DNA of 64,000 nt, from positions 313,808-377,807 of the forward strand of contig CAVRNT010000001.1 in NCBI GenBank assembly GCA_963722655.1, in the 5' to 3' direction. Below the pieces are notes generated by a model, which had not been told where the DNA came from, did no database searches, and saw only the letters and a program-made list of their open reading frames with translations. Numbering within the stretch: the first letter of the stretch is position 1; the number at the start of each line of letters is the position of its first letter. The DNA is from an uncultured bacterium (GTDB lineage Bacteria; Patescibacteriota; Minisyncoccia; UBA6257; GWB1-50-10). Made by a program: the position numbers and the translations under genes. Shown piece after piece: positions 1 to 8,620 of the stretch.

Positions 1-285
1 CTTTGGGGGTATTGCCACTGCTCCCAAGCGGAAACGGCGTCTTTATTGAAAATATCATCGACTTCGAACGCGGCCTGGATGACTAGGATGTAAGGGACGT
101 AGCCCAGAATGCCGAAGGTGACCTCGCGGCCGTCGATTTTCCTCTTCTCCTCGCCGATCGAGACGAGATGGGGGACGGAGGAGGGGAAATAGTGCGGTCC
201 GCTCTTTACGGTCGGCGTGCGGAAAACGCTGCCGCGGATAGCCTTCGGCACTTCGCCGAGGACCAAGGTGGTGAGCTGGTTCTTC
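1..285 (-). CDS. hypothetical protein (5' part; the gene continues past the window start)
   Basis: ATG at complement 283-285 opens a stop-free reading frame with strong G/C third-position bias that runs to the window edge. It is divergent from secD. I could not recognise a product. Confidence 0.4.
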
Positions 286-326
286 ATATATTGCCTTCTA
301 TTTTTTCTTATTATACACTAAAGTCC

Positions 327-1631
327 GTGATCGCCCGACAAAGATTAGCGGCTATTCTGGTCTTCTTGGTCCTCCTCGCGATAGGAGCGGCCATTTTTGA
401 TTACGATCCGGTCTGGACGCAGATCAGTTCCTTCCGCAAGTGGACGCTCGGGCTGGACCTCGCGGGCGGCAGCTTGCTGACCTACGATATCGACCTCTCG
501 AAGGTCCCGGCGGCCGACCAAACTTCCGTGGTCTCCGGCCTCCGCGATGTCATCGAAAAGCGCGTTAACCTCTTCGGCGTGAGCGAACCTCGGGTCTACA
601 CGGAGCAGAGCGCGGGCGAGACGCGCCTCGTCGTGGAACTCGCGGGCGTCAAGGACGTCGCGGACGCCATCAAGGAGATCGGCGCGACGCCGTTTTTGGA
701 TTTCCGCGAGGTCGTAATGTCAACCTCCACGCCCGCCGCGACCTCGACCCTCTTAGCCTCTTCGACCGACGCCGGCTACAGCTTCATCCTCACGCCGCTT
801 AACGGCCGGTACGTCATCGGTGCCCAAGTGACGCTCGATCAGTACACCCGGCAACCGCAGGTCGCCATCGAGTTCAACAACGATGGTGCGAAGCTTTTCG
901 GCGAAATCACGACGCGGAACGTCGGCAAACCGCTTGCCATCTTTTTGGACGGCCAACTCATTGAGATGCCGACCGTCCAAGAGGCCATCACCGGCGGCAA
1001 GGCCGTTATCACCGGCAACTTCACGCTCGCGACCGCCCAGACGCTCGCCGAGCGCTTCAACGCCGGGGCGTTGCCCGCGCCGATCACCCTCGTGAACCAG
1101 CAGACCGTCTCGTCCGATTTCGGCGCGAACGCCTTGGACCGCGCGGTCTTCGCCGGGCTCCTCGGGACGCTCGCCGTGATGCTCTTTATGATAATCTACT
1201 ACCGCAAGTTTGGCCTTTTCGCCGCCGCGGCGCTTTTGATGTACATCGCTCTCACCCTCGCCGTCTTCAAGATTGTGCCGGTCACGATGTCCCTTTCGGG
1301 CATCGCCGGTTTCATCCTTTCGATCGGCATGGCCGTGGACGCGAACGTCCTGGTCTTCGAGCGCACCAAAGAGGAGATCCGCAAGGGATTAAGCCACTAC
1401 TCGGCGGTTGAGGAGGGCTTCAAACGGGCCTGGACATCCATTCGCGACTCAAATGTTTCAACGATGATAACCGCAGCCGTTCTTTACTACGGTACCTCGA
1501 GCTTCGTCCAAGGCTTCGCTCTCACGCTCTTCCTCGGCGTCGTAATGTCGATGTTCTCGGCCATCACCATCACCCGAACGATGATGCGGGTCTTCTACGG
1601 CCGGAGCGAAGATAAACCAAATGCTAAATAA
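327..1631 (+). CDS. secD: protein translocase subunit SecD
   Basis: The protein has SecD architecture: an N-terminal TM, a periplasmic domain, and a C-terminal 6-TM bundle. The tracked ORF is 168..1631. The first 50 residues are non-membrane and overlap the divergent gene, so the start is probably GTG 327 (VIARQRLAAILVFLVLL...) or TTG 291. A 4-nt overlap with secF follows. Confidence 0.88.
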   Translation: MIARQRLAAILVFLVLLAIGAAIFDYDPVWTQISSFRKWTLGLDLAGGSLLTYDIDLSKVPAADQTSVVSGLRDVIEKRVNLFGVSEPRVYTEQSAGETRLVVELAGVKDVADAIKEIGATPFLDFREVVMSTSTPAATSTLLASSTDAGYSFILTPLNGRYVIGAQVTLDQYTRQPQVAIEFNNDGAKLFGEITTRNVGKPLAIFLDGQLIEMPTVQEAITGGKAVITGNFTLATAQTLAERFNAGALPAPITLVNQQTVSSDFGANALDRAVFAGLLGTLAVMLFMIIYYRKFGLFAAAALLMYIALTLAVFKIVPVTMSLSGIAGFILSIGMAVDANVLVFERTKEEIRKGLSHYSAVEEGFKRAWTSIRDSNVSTMITAAVLYYGTSSFVQGFALTLFLGVVMSMFSAITITRTMMRVFYGRSEDKPNAK

Positions 1632-2520
1632 CACCCTTAAGTACAAAAATTACTTCCTCGGATTTTCCGCGACGCTCGTCATCGCTGCTTGGGTCTGCAT
1701 CGCCGTCTTCGGCCTCCGGCCCGGTATCGACCTCAAAGGCGGAACGGAATGGCAGTTTTCGGTCGCAAAGAGCGGCGTGACCGCCGCCGATGTCCAGAAC
1801 GTCATCACCGCGGCGGGGCAGGAGAAGAACGTCCAGGTCACGGCCGAAGCCGACGGCAGCTTCCTCGTGAAGCTCCCGGCCGTGAGCGAAGAGGAACACC
1901 AAGCTGACCTCGCGGCGCTCCAAAGCGCCTTCGGCGGCGTCGACGAGAAGAACTTTTCGAGCATCGGTCCAGCGATTGGCGCGGAGCTCGCAGTCAAGTC
2001 CGAATGGGCCATCTTCTTCGTCCTCGTCGCCATCTCCTTTTACATCGCCTATGCCTTCCGCAAGGTCTCGCAGCCGAAGTCGTGGAAGTACGGCTTGGTG
2101 ACCCTCGCGACCCTCGTCCACGACGTTTCGATCCCGGCCGGGCTCCTCGCCGTCCTCGGCGTCTTGAAGGGGGTGGAGATAGACTCGAACTTCATCGTCG
2201 CTCTCCTCGTCGTGATGGGCTTCTCGGTCCACGACACGATCGTCGTCTTCGACCGCATCCGCGAGAACGTCATGCTCCACCGCGGTAAAAAGACCGGCTT
2301 TTATGAGATCGTGAACATGAGCGTCGAAGAGACCTTCGCCCGGTCGGTGAACACTTCCCTCACGCTCTTCCTCGTCCTTTTGGCCCTCATTTTCTTCGGT
2401 CCGCCATCGCTTTTCTACTTCGTCCTCACCATCCTCGTCGGGACGATCTTCGGCACCTATTCCTCCATCTTCGTGGCCAGTCCGCTCCTCTACCTTTGGC
2501 AAAGGAAACATGAAGGGTAG
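1621..2520 (+). CDS. secF: protein translocase subunit SecF
   Basis: ATGCTAAATAA start/stop overlap with secD. The 299-aa protein has the SecF membrane topology and the conserved SecDF C-terminal TM region. Confidence 0.9.
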   Translation: MLNNTLKYKNYFLGFSATLVIAAWVCIAVFGLRPGIDLKGGTEWQFSVAKSGVTAADVQNVITAAGQEKNVQVTAEADGSFLVKLPAVSEEEHQADLAALQSAFGGVDEKNFSSIGPAIGAELAVKSEWAIFFVLVAISFYIAYAFRKVSQPKSWKYGLVTLATLVHDVSIPAGLLAVLGVLKGVEIDSNFIVALLVVMGFSVHDTIVVFDRIRENVMLHRGKKTGFYEIVNMSVEETFARSVNTSLTLFLVLLALIFFGPPSLFYFVLTILVGTIFGTYSSIFVASPLLYLWQRKHEG

Positions 2521-2563
2521 GAGGATTAGCCCTCTTCGGGAGTTGCGGTATGGTGTGGGGGGG

Positions 2564-2592
2564 TTGACGCTAAAAAAGGCTTGTGCTAGTAT
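2564..2592 (+). promoter_or_regulatory. sigma70-type promoter TTGACG-17-TAGTAT
   Basis: -35 TTGACG at 2564-2569 and -10 TAGTAT at 2587-2592, upstream of the ATG at 2608. Confidence 0.6.
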
Positions 2593-2607
2593 TTAAATCA
2601 ATTGGTT

Positions 2608-3636
2608 ATGGCTAAGGACACGCAAAACATCGACCAGCTTTTGGAAGGCCTTTTCGCCGATTTCACGCCCAAGCAGCGCCGGGTTTTGACCGGCCGTTTC
2701 GGTTTGAAGAGCGGCGCCCACCAGACGCTCCAGGCGATCGGCGACGAGCTCAAGATCACGCGGGAAAGGGTCCGCCAGATCGAGGAACAGGCGATGAAGA
2801 AGATCGCGAAGCGGGTGGAGAAGGAGGCCAATTGGATATTGGAGGCCGCCGAGAAGCATCTGCGGACCTCGGGCGGCGTGCGCCGCGATGACGTCTTCCT
2901 AAAAGAGATGGTCCACAACCTGCATCTGCCCTCGAGCGTGAAGTTCCCGGAGCGGAAACTTTCCTTCCTTTTCATCGTGGCCAAAAAGCCCGAGCTTGCG
3001 AAGGAGACCGACGAGATGAACGGTTACTGGTTCATCGACGAGAAGGCCAAGACCAAGTTCCAGGATTTCATCAAGGAGGTCCACAATTTCCTCAAGTCCT
3101 CCCGGAAGGAAGAGGTCTTGAACAAGAAGTCCTACCAGACCTATTGCAAGAACCTGGTCTCCTATCATCTGCTTTCCATCCCGAAGTTCTTCGGTACGAA
3201 CGTCTTCGGAGATTTCGGCCTCAAGGACTGGCCGGAGATCGAGCCTAAGACCATCCGCGACAAGGTCTATTTGGTCCTCCGCAAGCACGAGGCCCCGCTC
3301 CACTTCGAGCACATCGCGAACTACATCGCGAAGTACGGCTTGGACAAAAAACCGGCGCACGTCCAGACGGTGCACAACGAACTCATCAAGGACGATCGCT
3401 TCGTTCTCGTGGGCCGCGGCATCTACGCTTTGAAGGAGCACGGCTTCGAGAAGGGGACGGTCCGCGAGGTCATCGCGCGGCTCCTCAAAAAGCACGGATC
3501 ACTTAGCTCCACGGAGGTCGTGAAGCTCGTGAACGAGCAGCGCTGGCTCAAGGAGAACACCATCCTTTTGAACCTCCAGAACCGCCGGTACTTCCGCCGC
3601 ACCCAAAACGGCCGGTACGAGATAAGAGAGGCATAA
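2608..3636 (+). CDS. sigma-70 region-4-like HTH domain protein with a large C-terminal domain of unknown function
   Basis: The N-terminus (RRVLTGRFGL...TLQAIGDELKITRERVRQIEEQAMKKI) matches the sigma70 region 4 / -35-recognition HTH. The remaining ~250 aa have no recognisable domain. The ORF track starts at TTG 2602; ATG 2608 is more likely. Confidence 0.6.
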   Translation: MAKDTQNIDQLLEGLFADFTPKQRRVLTGRFGLKSGAHQTLQAIGDELKITRERVRQIEEQAMKKIAKRVEKEANWILEAAEKHLRTSGGVRRDDVFLKEMVHNLHLPSSVKFPERKLSFLFIVAKKPELAKETDEMNGYWFIDEKAKTKFQDFIKEVHNFLKSSRKEEVLNKKSYQTYCKNLVSYHLLSIPKFFGTNVFGDFGLKDWPEIEPKTIRDKVYLVLRKHEAPLHFEHIANYIAKYGLDKKPAHVQTVHNELIKDDRFVLVGRGIYALKEHGFEKGTVREVIARLLKKHGSLSSTEVVKLVNEQRWLKENTILLNLQNRRYFRRTQNGRYEIREA

Positions 3637-3659
3637 TCAGGCCCGACGAATTACTTATG

Positions 3660-3687
3660 AACCCGCGCCAAAGGCGCGGGTTTGGTT
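3660..3687 (+). terminator. rho-independent terminator
   Basis: ACCCGCGCC-AAA-GGCGCGGGT stem-loop followed by TTGGTTT, 24 nt after the stop of the preceding gene. Confidence 0.75.
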
Positions 3688-3761
3688 TAACCAAGGCAGT
3701 TATTGACTCAGCTATTACGAAAGAAGTATCCTTATGCCGGTTCGATAAAAACGGAGGAATT

Positions 3762-3980
3762 ATGTCATCGAAGAATAAGGACGAAGTCTTAAGGGACATC
3801 AAAGCCCATCCTGAAAATCACCAGCATAATTTTATGGGATTGCAGCAATGTTGCACCATCGACAATGCTATCAATTTAGAACTGATGGAAGCCCATTCAA
3901 AGTTTGCGAGCACCGGTACAAATGGTGGGGTCGAATGTGATGTCACTGAAGGCCCCTGCGCTTGTGGCGCTTGGCATTAA
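3762..3980 (+). CDS. small Cys/His-rich protein (72 aa), candidate secreted or modified peptide
   Basis: GGAGG SD 4 nt upstream of the ATG. Sequence: MSSKNKDEVLRDIKAHPENHQHNFMGLQQCCTIDNAINLELMEAHSKFASTGTNGG|VECDVTEGPCACGAWH. It has 5 Cys and 5 His, and a GG motif precedes a Cys-rich C-terminal 16-mer. Terminators lie on both sides, and the region is AT-rich. The tracked 107-aa ORF from 3657 would run through the upstream terminator. Confidence 0.45.
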   Translation: MSSKNKDEVLRDIKAHPENHQHNFMGLQQCCTIDNAINLELMEAHSKFASTGTNGGVECDVTEGPCACGAWH

Positions 3981-4004
3981 ACTCGACTAGGTGACGTAAG
4001 TTTA

Positions 4005-4038
4005 AGAGATGGTTCGATCAGGCCATCTCTTTTTATTT
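4005..4038 (+). terminator. rho-independent terminator
   Basis: AGAGATGG-N10-CCATCTCT followed by TTTTTATTT. Confidence 0.75.
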
Positions 4039-4120
4039 CTCTATCTCCGGCACATAAATAACACCATTCAATCTCTCCACCACGGTTCTAACGTCGTCCA
4101 CAGTGCGGAGCTGACGATGA

Positions 4121-4618
4121 TTGACTAACGCCGCCATAAGGTGGTATTTTATTATCAGTAATAAGTTTCACAAAATAAACCAAGAAAGCAGGCGCGAGTT
4201 GAAAGATCTTAATGCAATTTCCCAAAAAACTGGCATATCCGTAGCCAGCCTAAAAAAAGCACTCAGTATTCCGATGGAGCCGTGTCCCGCAAAAACTGTC
4301 GATGAAGCCAAGAAAATTTATGATCTCGCCCAGAGTGGTAGCGAGGAGGAAAAGACAGCGTTTGCAAAATGGAATGAGCTTTCCATGGGGGAGGTTGATG
4401 CTGCAAAAACCGTCTGTGAAATACGGAAGGCCTACCAGGACTCTCCTGATGATAGCGAGGCAAGGAAAGCAGCGCATGCAAAATGGGACGTACTTTCCTT
4501 GAAGGAAGTTGATACCGCAAAGACCGTCGATGAAGTAATGGTTGCCTTACAGAATGCCCCACACAGTGACAGTAAGGCAAAAAAGGAGGCAATCATCAAA
4601 ATCTACGAACTTTTTTGA
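4121..4618 (+). CDS. hypothetical protein with three ~38-aa tandem repeats
   Basis: The repeats follow AKTV(D/C)E..K.Y...(S/D)..K.A.AKW..LS..EVD. The start is uncertain; ATG 4274 is an alternative. The gene is AT-rich. Confidence 0.45.
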   Translation: MTNAAIRWYFIISNKFHKINQESRRELKDLNAISQKTGISVASLKKALSIPMEPCPAKTVDEAKKIYDLAQSGSEEEKTAFAKWNELSMGEVDAAKTVCEIRKAYQDSPDDSEARKAAHAKWDVLSLKEVDTAKTVDEVMVALQNAPHSDSKAKKEAIIKIYELF

Positions 4619-4654
4619 ACACCGATTTCAAATCTCTTGTAGGAGAAATAATCC

Positions 4655-4686
4655 CCACCATAGCTAGAGAGTTATGGTGGTTTTTT
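4655..4686 (+). terminator. rho-independent terminator
   Basis: CCACCATA-N10-TATGGTGG followed by TTTTTT. Confidence 0.75.
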
Positions 4687-4829
4687 ATCGCAATCGCGAA
4701 CAGAGACCTGCTCCGGCTGGCGAGAATGGTGGTCCGAACATCGGCTAGCGTGCGGAGCTGAGCAAAAGAAAAAGCCCATTGAACGAATCAATAAGGGCCT
4801 TTTCTGTTAATGGTCCTAATCGGTACGCT

Positions 4830-5213
4830 CTACACAAACCCTTTATAAAGCAGGATCAAACCTAGGACGAACGCAACGATTCCGCCGAAAATAAGTATAC
4901 CGTCCTTATTGGCCCACCTGTACAGTGAAACGGAGGAATTCGGGAAGAGAAGAAGAAAGCCCCCTTTTATTACAGTTAGCCAGCCGAGAACCGTGATTAA
5001 CAATGACAGCAAACCGGAGGTCCAGATATTATTTAGCACGACAATCACGGCACCCATGGCTAGAATGAGAAAGCCCCACAACCACAAGAATCCTCGGTCC
5101 TGAACAGTCTTTTCAAGGGCGGCGGCCACACTCTTTCTGTCCATAACTACCGATAGGCCCATTACCGCGAGAAGAATCCCTAGAAATTGGGCAATAGCGA
5201 TGGAGGTATTCAT
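4830..5213 (-). CDS. small integral membrane protein (4 predicted TM)
   Basis: 127 aa, hydrophobic throughout. It is the only minus-strand gene in the AT-rich segment. Confidence 0.55.
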   Translation of the reverse strand: MNTSIAIAQFLGILLAVMGLSVVMDRKSVAAALEKTVQDRGFLWLWGFLILAMGAVIVVLNNIWTSGLLSLLITVLGWLTVIKGGFLLLFPNSSVSLYRWANKDGILIFGGIVAFVLGLILLYKGFV

Positions 5214-5350
5214 TTATTTATATCCACAACTACTATAAGATCGACCTTTTGAGCTATTATAACTCTTTAAGGGTAGTTGCGTCGTCCTCGCAATGGGTTT
5301 GAAACTGCACCTTAAAAATGTACAATAAGTATTGAATACGCTTTTGCCCT

Positions 5351-6748
5351 ATGTTCGGCGACCTAGCCAAGGAAATAGCTACGTTTTTCGAGGAGCTTTT
5401 TAGCCGCGAAGAGACGTGGGCGATCCTCTTCATTGCGGGCGTCGCCGGCGCGATCGCGGTGCCCTTCATCGGTTTGAGCGCGCTCCTCAAGGCGCTCTTG
5501 GATTTCTTGGGCCTCACCTGGTGGTTATGGCTCTTTTTGCTTTTGTTCTTCACTTGGCGGTCGCTGTGGGTTTACTGGAGGAACGAGGTCTTCAAGGGCA
5601 AGATCGAGTACGCTTTTCTTGAGCTCCGCGTCCCGCGGGTGATGGAAAAGAGCCCGCAGGCGATGGAGCAAGTCCTCGCGACCTTGAGCTCCCTCCGCAA
5701 CACGGCGGACACCATCAAAGACAAGTACATCGACGGCATGGTCACCCGCTGGTACTCGCTCGAGATGGTCTCCTTCGGCGGCGAGGTGCACCTTTTCATT
5801 CGGTGCCCGAAGGACCTGGTGCAGGTCGTCGAGGCCGCCTTTTTCGGCTACTACCCGGATATGGACATCCTCGAAGCGACGGACTATGTGCCGAACCTAC
5901 CAAAGACGCTTGAGGAGATCGAGGGGCGCGACCTCGACTTCTGGGGGACGGAGATGATCCTGGACAAAGAAGACGCCTACCCGATAAAGAGCTACAAATA
6001 TTTCGAAAGTGAGGCGGAGGAAAAACAGTTCGACCCGATCTCGGCCTTCTTGGAAATCCTCGGCAAGGTCCAGAAGGACGAGACCCTGGGGATCCAGTTG
6101 CTCCTCGAGCCCGGCGATCCGAAGTGGAAGGACGAATGGGAGGACCTCTTAAACGAGCTCAAGAAAAAAAAGACCGCGCCCGCGGCGCCCGGCGAGACGG
6201 CCGATTTTTCGGCCCTGATGCGTTCACCCGGCGAGACGGACGTGCTGAAGGCCGTCGAGATGAACCTTTCGAAGCCCGCCTTCAAGACGCTTATCCGCTG
6301 GGTCTACCTCGCGCCCAAGACCACGTTCTACAAGAGTTTGACGCGGGGCGGCATCGCTTCCGCCTTCAACCAATACAGCGCCTTGAATATGAATTTTTTC
6401 AGGTCCAACCGCGACGTTGCGACCTCGACCGATCTGTGGCGGAAGCCCTACCTCTTCGCTAAGAGCCGCCTTGCGATGCGGAAGCGCCGGATGCTCTTCA
6501 ACTTCCTGCATCGCGAGCTCCCGCCGCAGACCGAGATGGGGCATTTCGTCGCCTCGACGCCTTTCACTCGGACGAAGAAGACCAAGCGCTATCACCTGAA
6601 CCTCGAAAGCGTCGCTTCGCTCTTCCACTTGCCGACGGGCGTGGTTCTCACCGCGCCGCACCTGCCGCGGATGGAGAGCCGTAAGACGGGGCCGCCGGCG
6701 GGACTGCCGATCTACGGCGGGGAAGAAGAGATCCAAAAATACACCTAG
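5351..6748 (+). CDS. membrane protein of unknown function (N-terminal TM helices plus a ~350-aa soluble domain)
   Basis: 465 aa. The segment LSALLKALLDFLGLTWWLWLFLLLFF is hydrophobic. It is the first gene of a four-gene same-strand cluster that ends with two TraD-like ATPases. Confidence 0.65.
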   Translation: MFGDLAKEIATFFEELFSREETWAILFIAGVAGAIAVPFIGLSALLKALLDFLGLTWWLWLFLLLFFTWRSLWVYWRNEVFKGKIEYAFLELRVPRVMEKSPQAMEQVLATLSSLRNTADTIKDKYIDGMVTRWYSLEMVSFGGEVHLFIRCPKDLVQVVEAAFFGYYPDMDILEATDYVPNLPKTLEEIEGRDLDFWGTEMILDKEDAYPIKSYKYFESEAEEKQFDPISAFLEILGKVQKDETLGIQLLLEPGDPKWKDEWEDLLNELKKKKTAPAAPGETADFSALMRSPGETDVLKAVEMNLSKPAFKTLIRWVYLAPKTTFYKSLTRGGIASAFNQYSALNMNFFRSNRDVATSTDLWRKPYLFAKSRLAMRKRRMLFNFLHRELPPQTEMGHFVASTPFTRTKKTKRYHLNLESVASLFHLPTGVVLTAPHLPRMESRKTGPPAGLPIYGGEEEIQKYT

Positions 6749-6751
6749 CAG

Positions 6752-7285
6752 ATGTCCTCTTTTCTTAATCCGATACTGGGAACGATCATCGGCTTGCCGT
6801 GGGTCGGCTTTTACGACCTCTCACGGGTGATCTTCATCATTTTGGACGTCATTCTCGTTTTCGCTCTGATCTACACCTACCGCCGGGCGCTCGAGGTCCG
6901 GCCGCAGAATTGGTTCTACGGTTCGGCGGAACCGCGGGAGGGGCACCAGCACGCCTTCGACGTGCCGCGCTACCGCGCCCATTGGGACGGCATCTTGGCC
7001 CACGCCGAGGACGCTCCGCCGCAATCTTTGACCTTGGCCGTAATCGCCGCCGATAATCTGGTGGACGACGCCTTGAAGGAAGTGGGCCTCGCGGGCGAGC
7101 ACATGGCTGACCGCTTGGAACAGCTCCACCGATCGGATCTGCCGAGCTTGGACGACCTCTGGCGGGCGCACCGGATCCGGAACGACCTGGTCCACACCGT
7201 CGGCTTCACGCTCACGCCGAACGAGACGCGGGAAGTGCTGGGCGTTTACGAGAAGTTCCTATTGGAGCTCGGAGCGCTGGAGTAA
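6752..7285 (+). CDS. small membrane-anchored protein of unknown function
   Basis: 177 aa with an N-terminal TM (IIGLPWVGFYDLSRVIFIILDVILVFALIY). Start and stop are tightly coupled to the flanking genes. Confidence 0.55.
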   Translation: MSSFLNPILGTIIGLPWVGFYDLSRVIFIILDVILVFALIYTYRRALEVRPQNWFYGSAEPREGHQHAFDVPRYRAHWDGILAHAEDAPPQSLTLAVIAADNLVDDALKEVGLAGEHMADRLEQLHRSDLPSLDDLWRAHRIRNDLVHTVGFTLTPNETREVLGVYEKFLLELGALE

Positions 7286-7288
7286 AAA

Positions 7289-8608
7289 ATGGCCAACAAC
7301 ATCCGGGAAACTAAGATCCAGTCGGTGAAGCTCGCCCCGCCGCCGCCGGGACTCCCGGTCTACGGCCGGGTGGGAAGCCGGGAGGTCTCGTTCATCGGCC
7401 GGACGAACTATGTCGCGGCCTTGGAGGAAAAGAAGTTCATTTTCGGCATTAAACGCTCGGATCGCCTCCACCATGTTTACGTCATCGGTAAGAGCGGTGT
7501 CGGGAAATCGAAGCTCTTGGAAGTTATGGCGCGCCAGGATATCGCCTCGGGCGAGGGCATTCTCTTCTTGGATCATCACGGCGAGCTCGTCTCGTCCATT
7601 TTGGATTTCATTCCGGAAGAGCGCGTCAACGACGTCACCGTCGTGGATTTTTCGGACAGAAACTCGCCGCTCGTGTGGAATCCGCTTGCGGACGTGCCCG
7701 CTCCGGTCCGCCATCAGTTCGCCCAAAGTTTCGTTGAGATAATGATGAAGCAGTTCGACGGCAACTGGACCTTGCACATGGAGCACCTTTCGAGAATGCT
7801 CGCCCTCGCTCTTTTGGAGCGGCCGGAAGCGAACTTAAACGGCATGATCTTAATGCTATCGGACGGCGCTTTCCGGGCCGAAACGGCCGCGCGCCTCACC
7901 GATGAGGCCGTGCGCCATTTTTGGGTTTCGGAATTCGACCTCTGGAAAGAAAAATACGAATCGGAAGCGGTCCTGCCTCTTACGAACAAGCTTTCTCAAT
8001 TCCTTCGCTATCCGTTCCTTGAGCCCGTGTTCCGGTCGGCGGCGAACAAACTTGATCTTGCGAAGCTCGTGGAAGGAAAGAAGATCGTGCTCGTGAACCT
8101 CGCGCGGGAGAAGATAGGCGAGGCGAACGCGGATTTTCTGGGGCTTCTTTGGATCGCCAAACTCAAGCAGATCGGTATGATGCGGGAGGATGGAAGCGCG
8201 GCCAAGACCTTTTACGTTTATCTGGACGAGTTCAATCATTTCGTGACGTCGACCTTTCAAAACCTTCTCGGTGAGGCAGGTCGTTTCGGTTTCGCGCTCA
8301 CGCTGGCTCATCAGTACATCGGCCAGTTGGCCGACGGTTTCATTGCCGCCATCTTCGCGAACGTGGGGACACTCATCGTTTTTAGGGTGAGCGGTGAGGA
8401 CGCCGCAAAGCTCGAATCGGAGATGGACCCGGTCTTTAAGGCCCGGGACATGATCAATTTGGGCACGCGCCAGTTCTACATCCGGATGATCATCGACGGC
8501 GAGACCTACGACCCGTTCTCGGCGGAGGTCTTGAAGGTCCTGCCGCCGACGCATTCTTCACTCCGGGCAAGGGTCTTGGAGAACACGCGGAACCAATTCG
8601 GGTTATAA
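7289..8608 (+). CDS. TraD/TraG/VirD4-family (type IV coupling protein-like) P-loop ATPase
   Basis: Walker A VIGKSGVGKS, then FLDHHGEL. Walker B YVYLDEF, then a RFGFALTLAHQYIGQL motif. This resembles the TrwB/TraD pattern GATGTGKS...DPNG...DE...RK.G....QS.SQL. That reading comes from my memory of the family. Confidence 0.7.
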   Translation: MANNIRETKIQSVKLAPPPPGLPVYGRVGSREVSFIGRTNYVAALEEKKFIFGIKRSDRLHHVYVIGKSGVGKSKLLEVMARQDIASGEGILFLDHHGELVSSILDFIPEERVNDVTVVDFSDRNSPLVWNPLADVPAPVRHQFAQSFVEIMMKQFDGNWTLHMEHLSRMLALALLERPEANLNGMILMLSDGAFRAETAARLTDEAVRHFWVSEFDLWKEKYESEAVLPLTNKLSQFLRYPFLEPVFRSAANKLDLAKLVEGKKIVLVNLAREKIGEANADFLGLLWIAKLKQIGMMREDGSAAKTFYVYLDEFNHFVTSTFQNLLGEAGRFGFALTLAHQYIGQLADGFIAAIFANVGTLIVFRVSGEDAAKLESEMDPVFKARDMINLGTRQFYIRMIIDGETYDPFSAEVLKVLPPTHSSLRARVLENTRNQFGL

Positions 8609-8620
8609 TGATAAGCACTA

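Noticed and set aside
1624-2511. 295-aa minus-strand ORF antisense to secF
   Set aside because: The product is acidic and low-complexity (DE-rich). It sits entirely inside a well-supported gene on the other strand, so it is a typical GC-rich shadow ORF.
3657-3761. Upstream extension (107-aa version) of the small Cys-rich ORF
   Set aside because: It would translate through the intrinsic terminator at 3660-3687. A good SD precedes the internal ATG at 3762.
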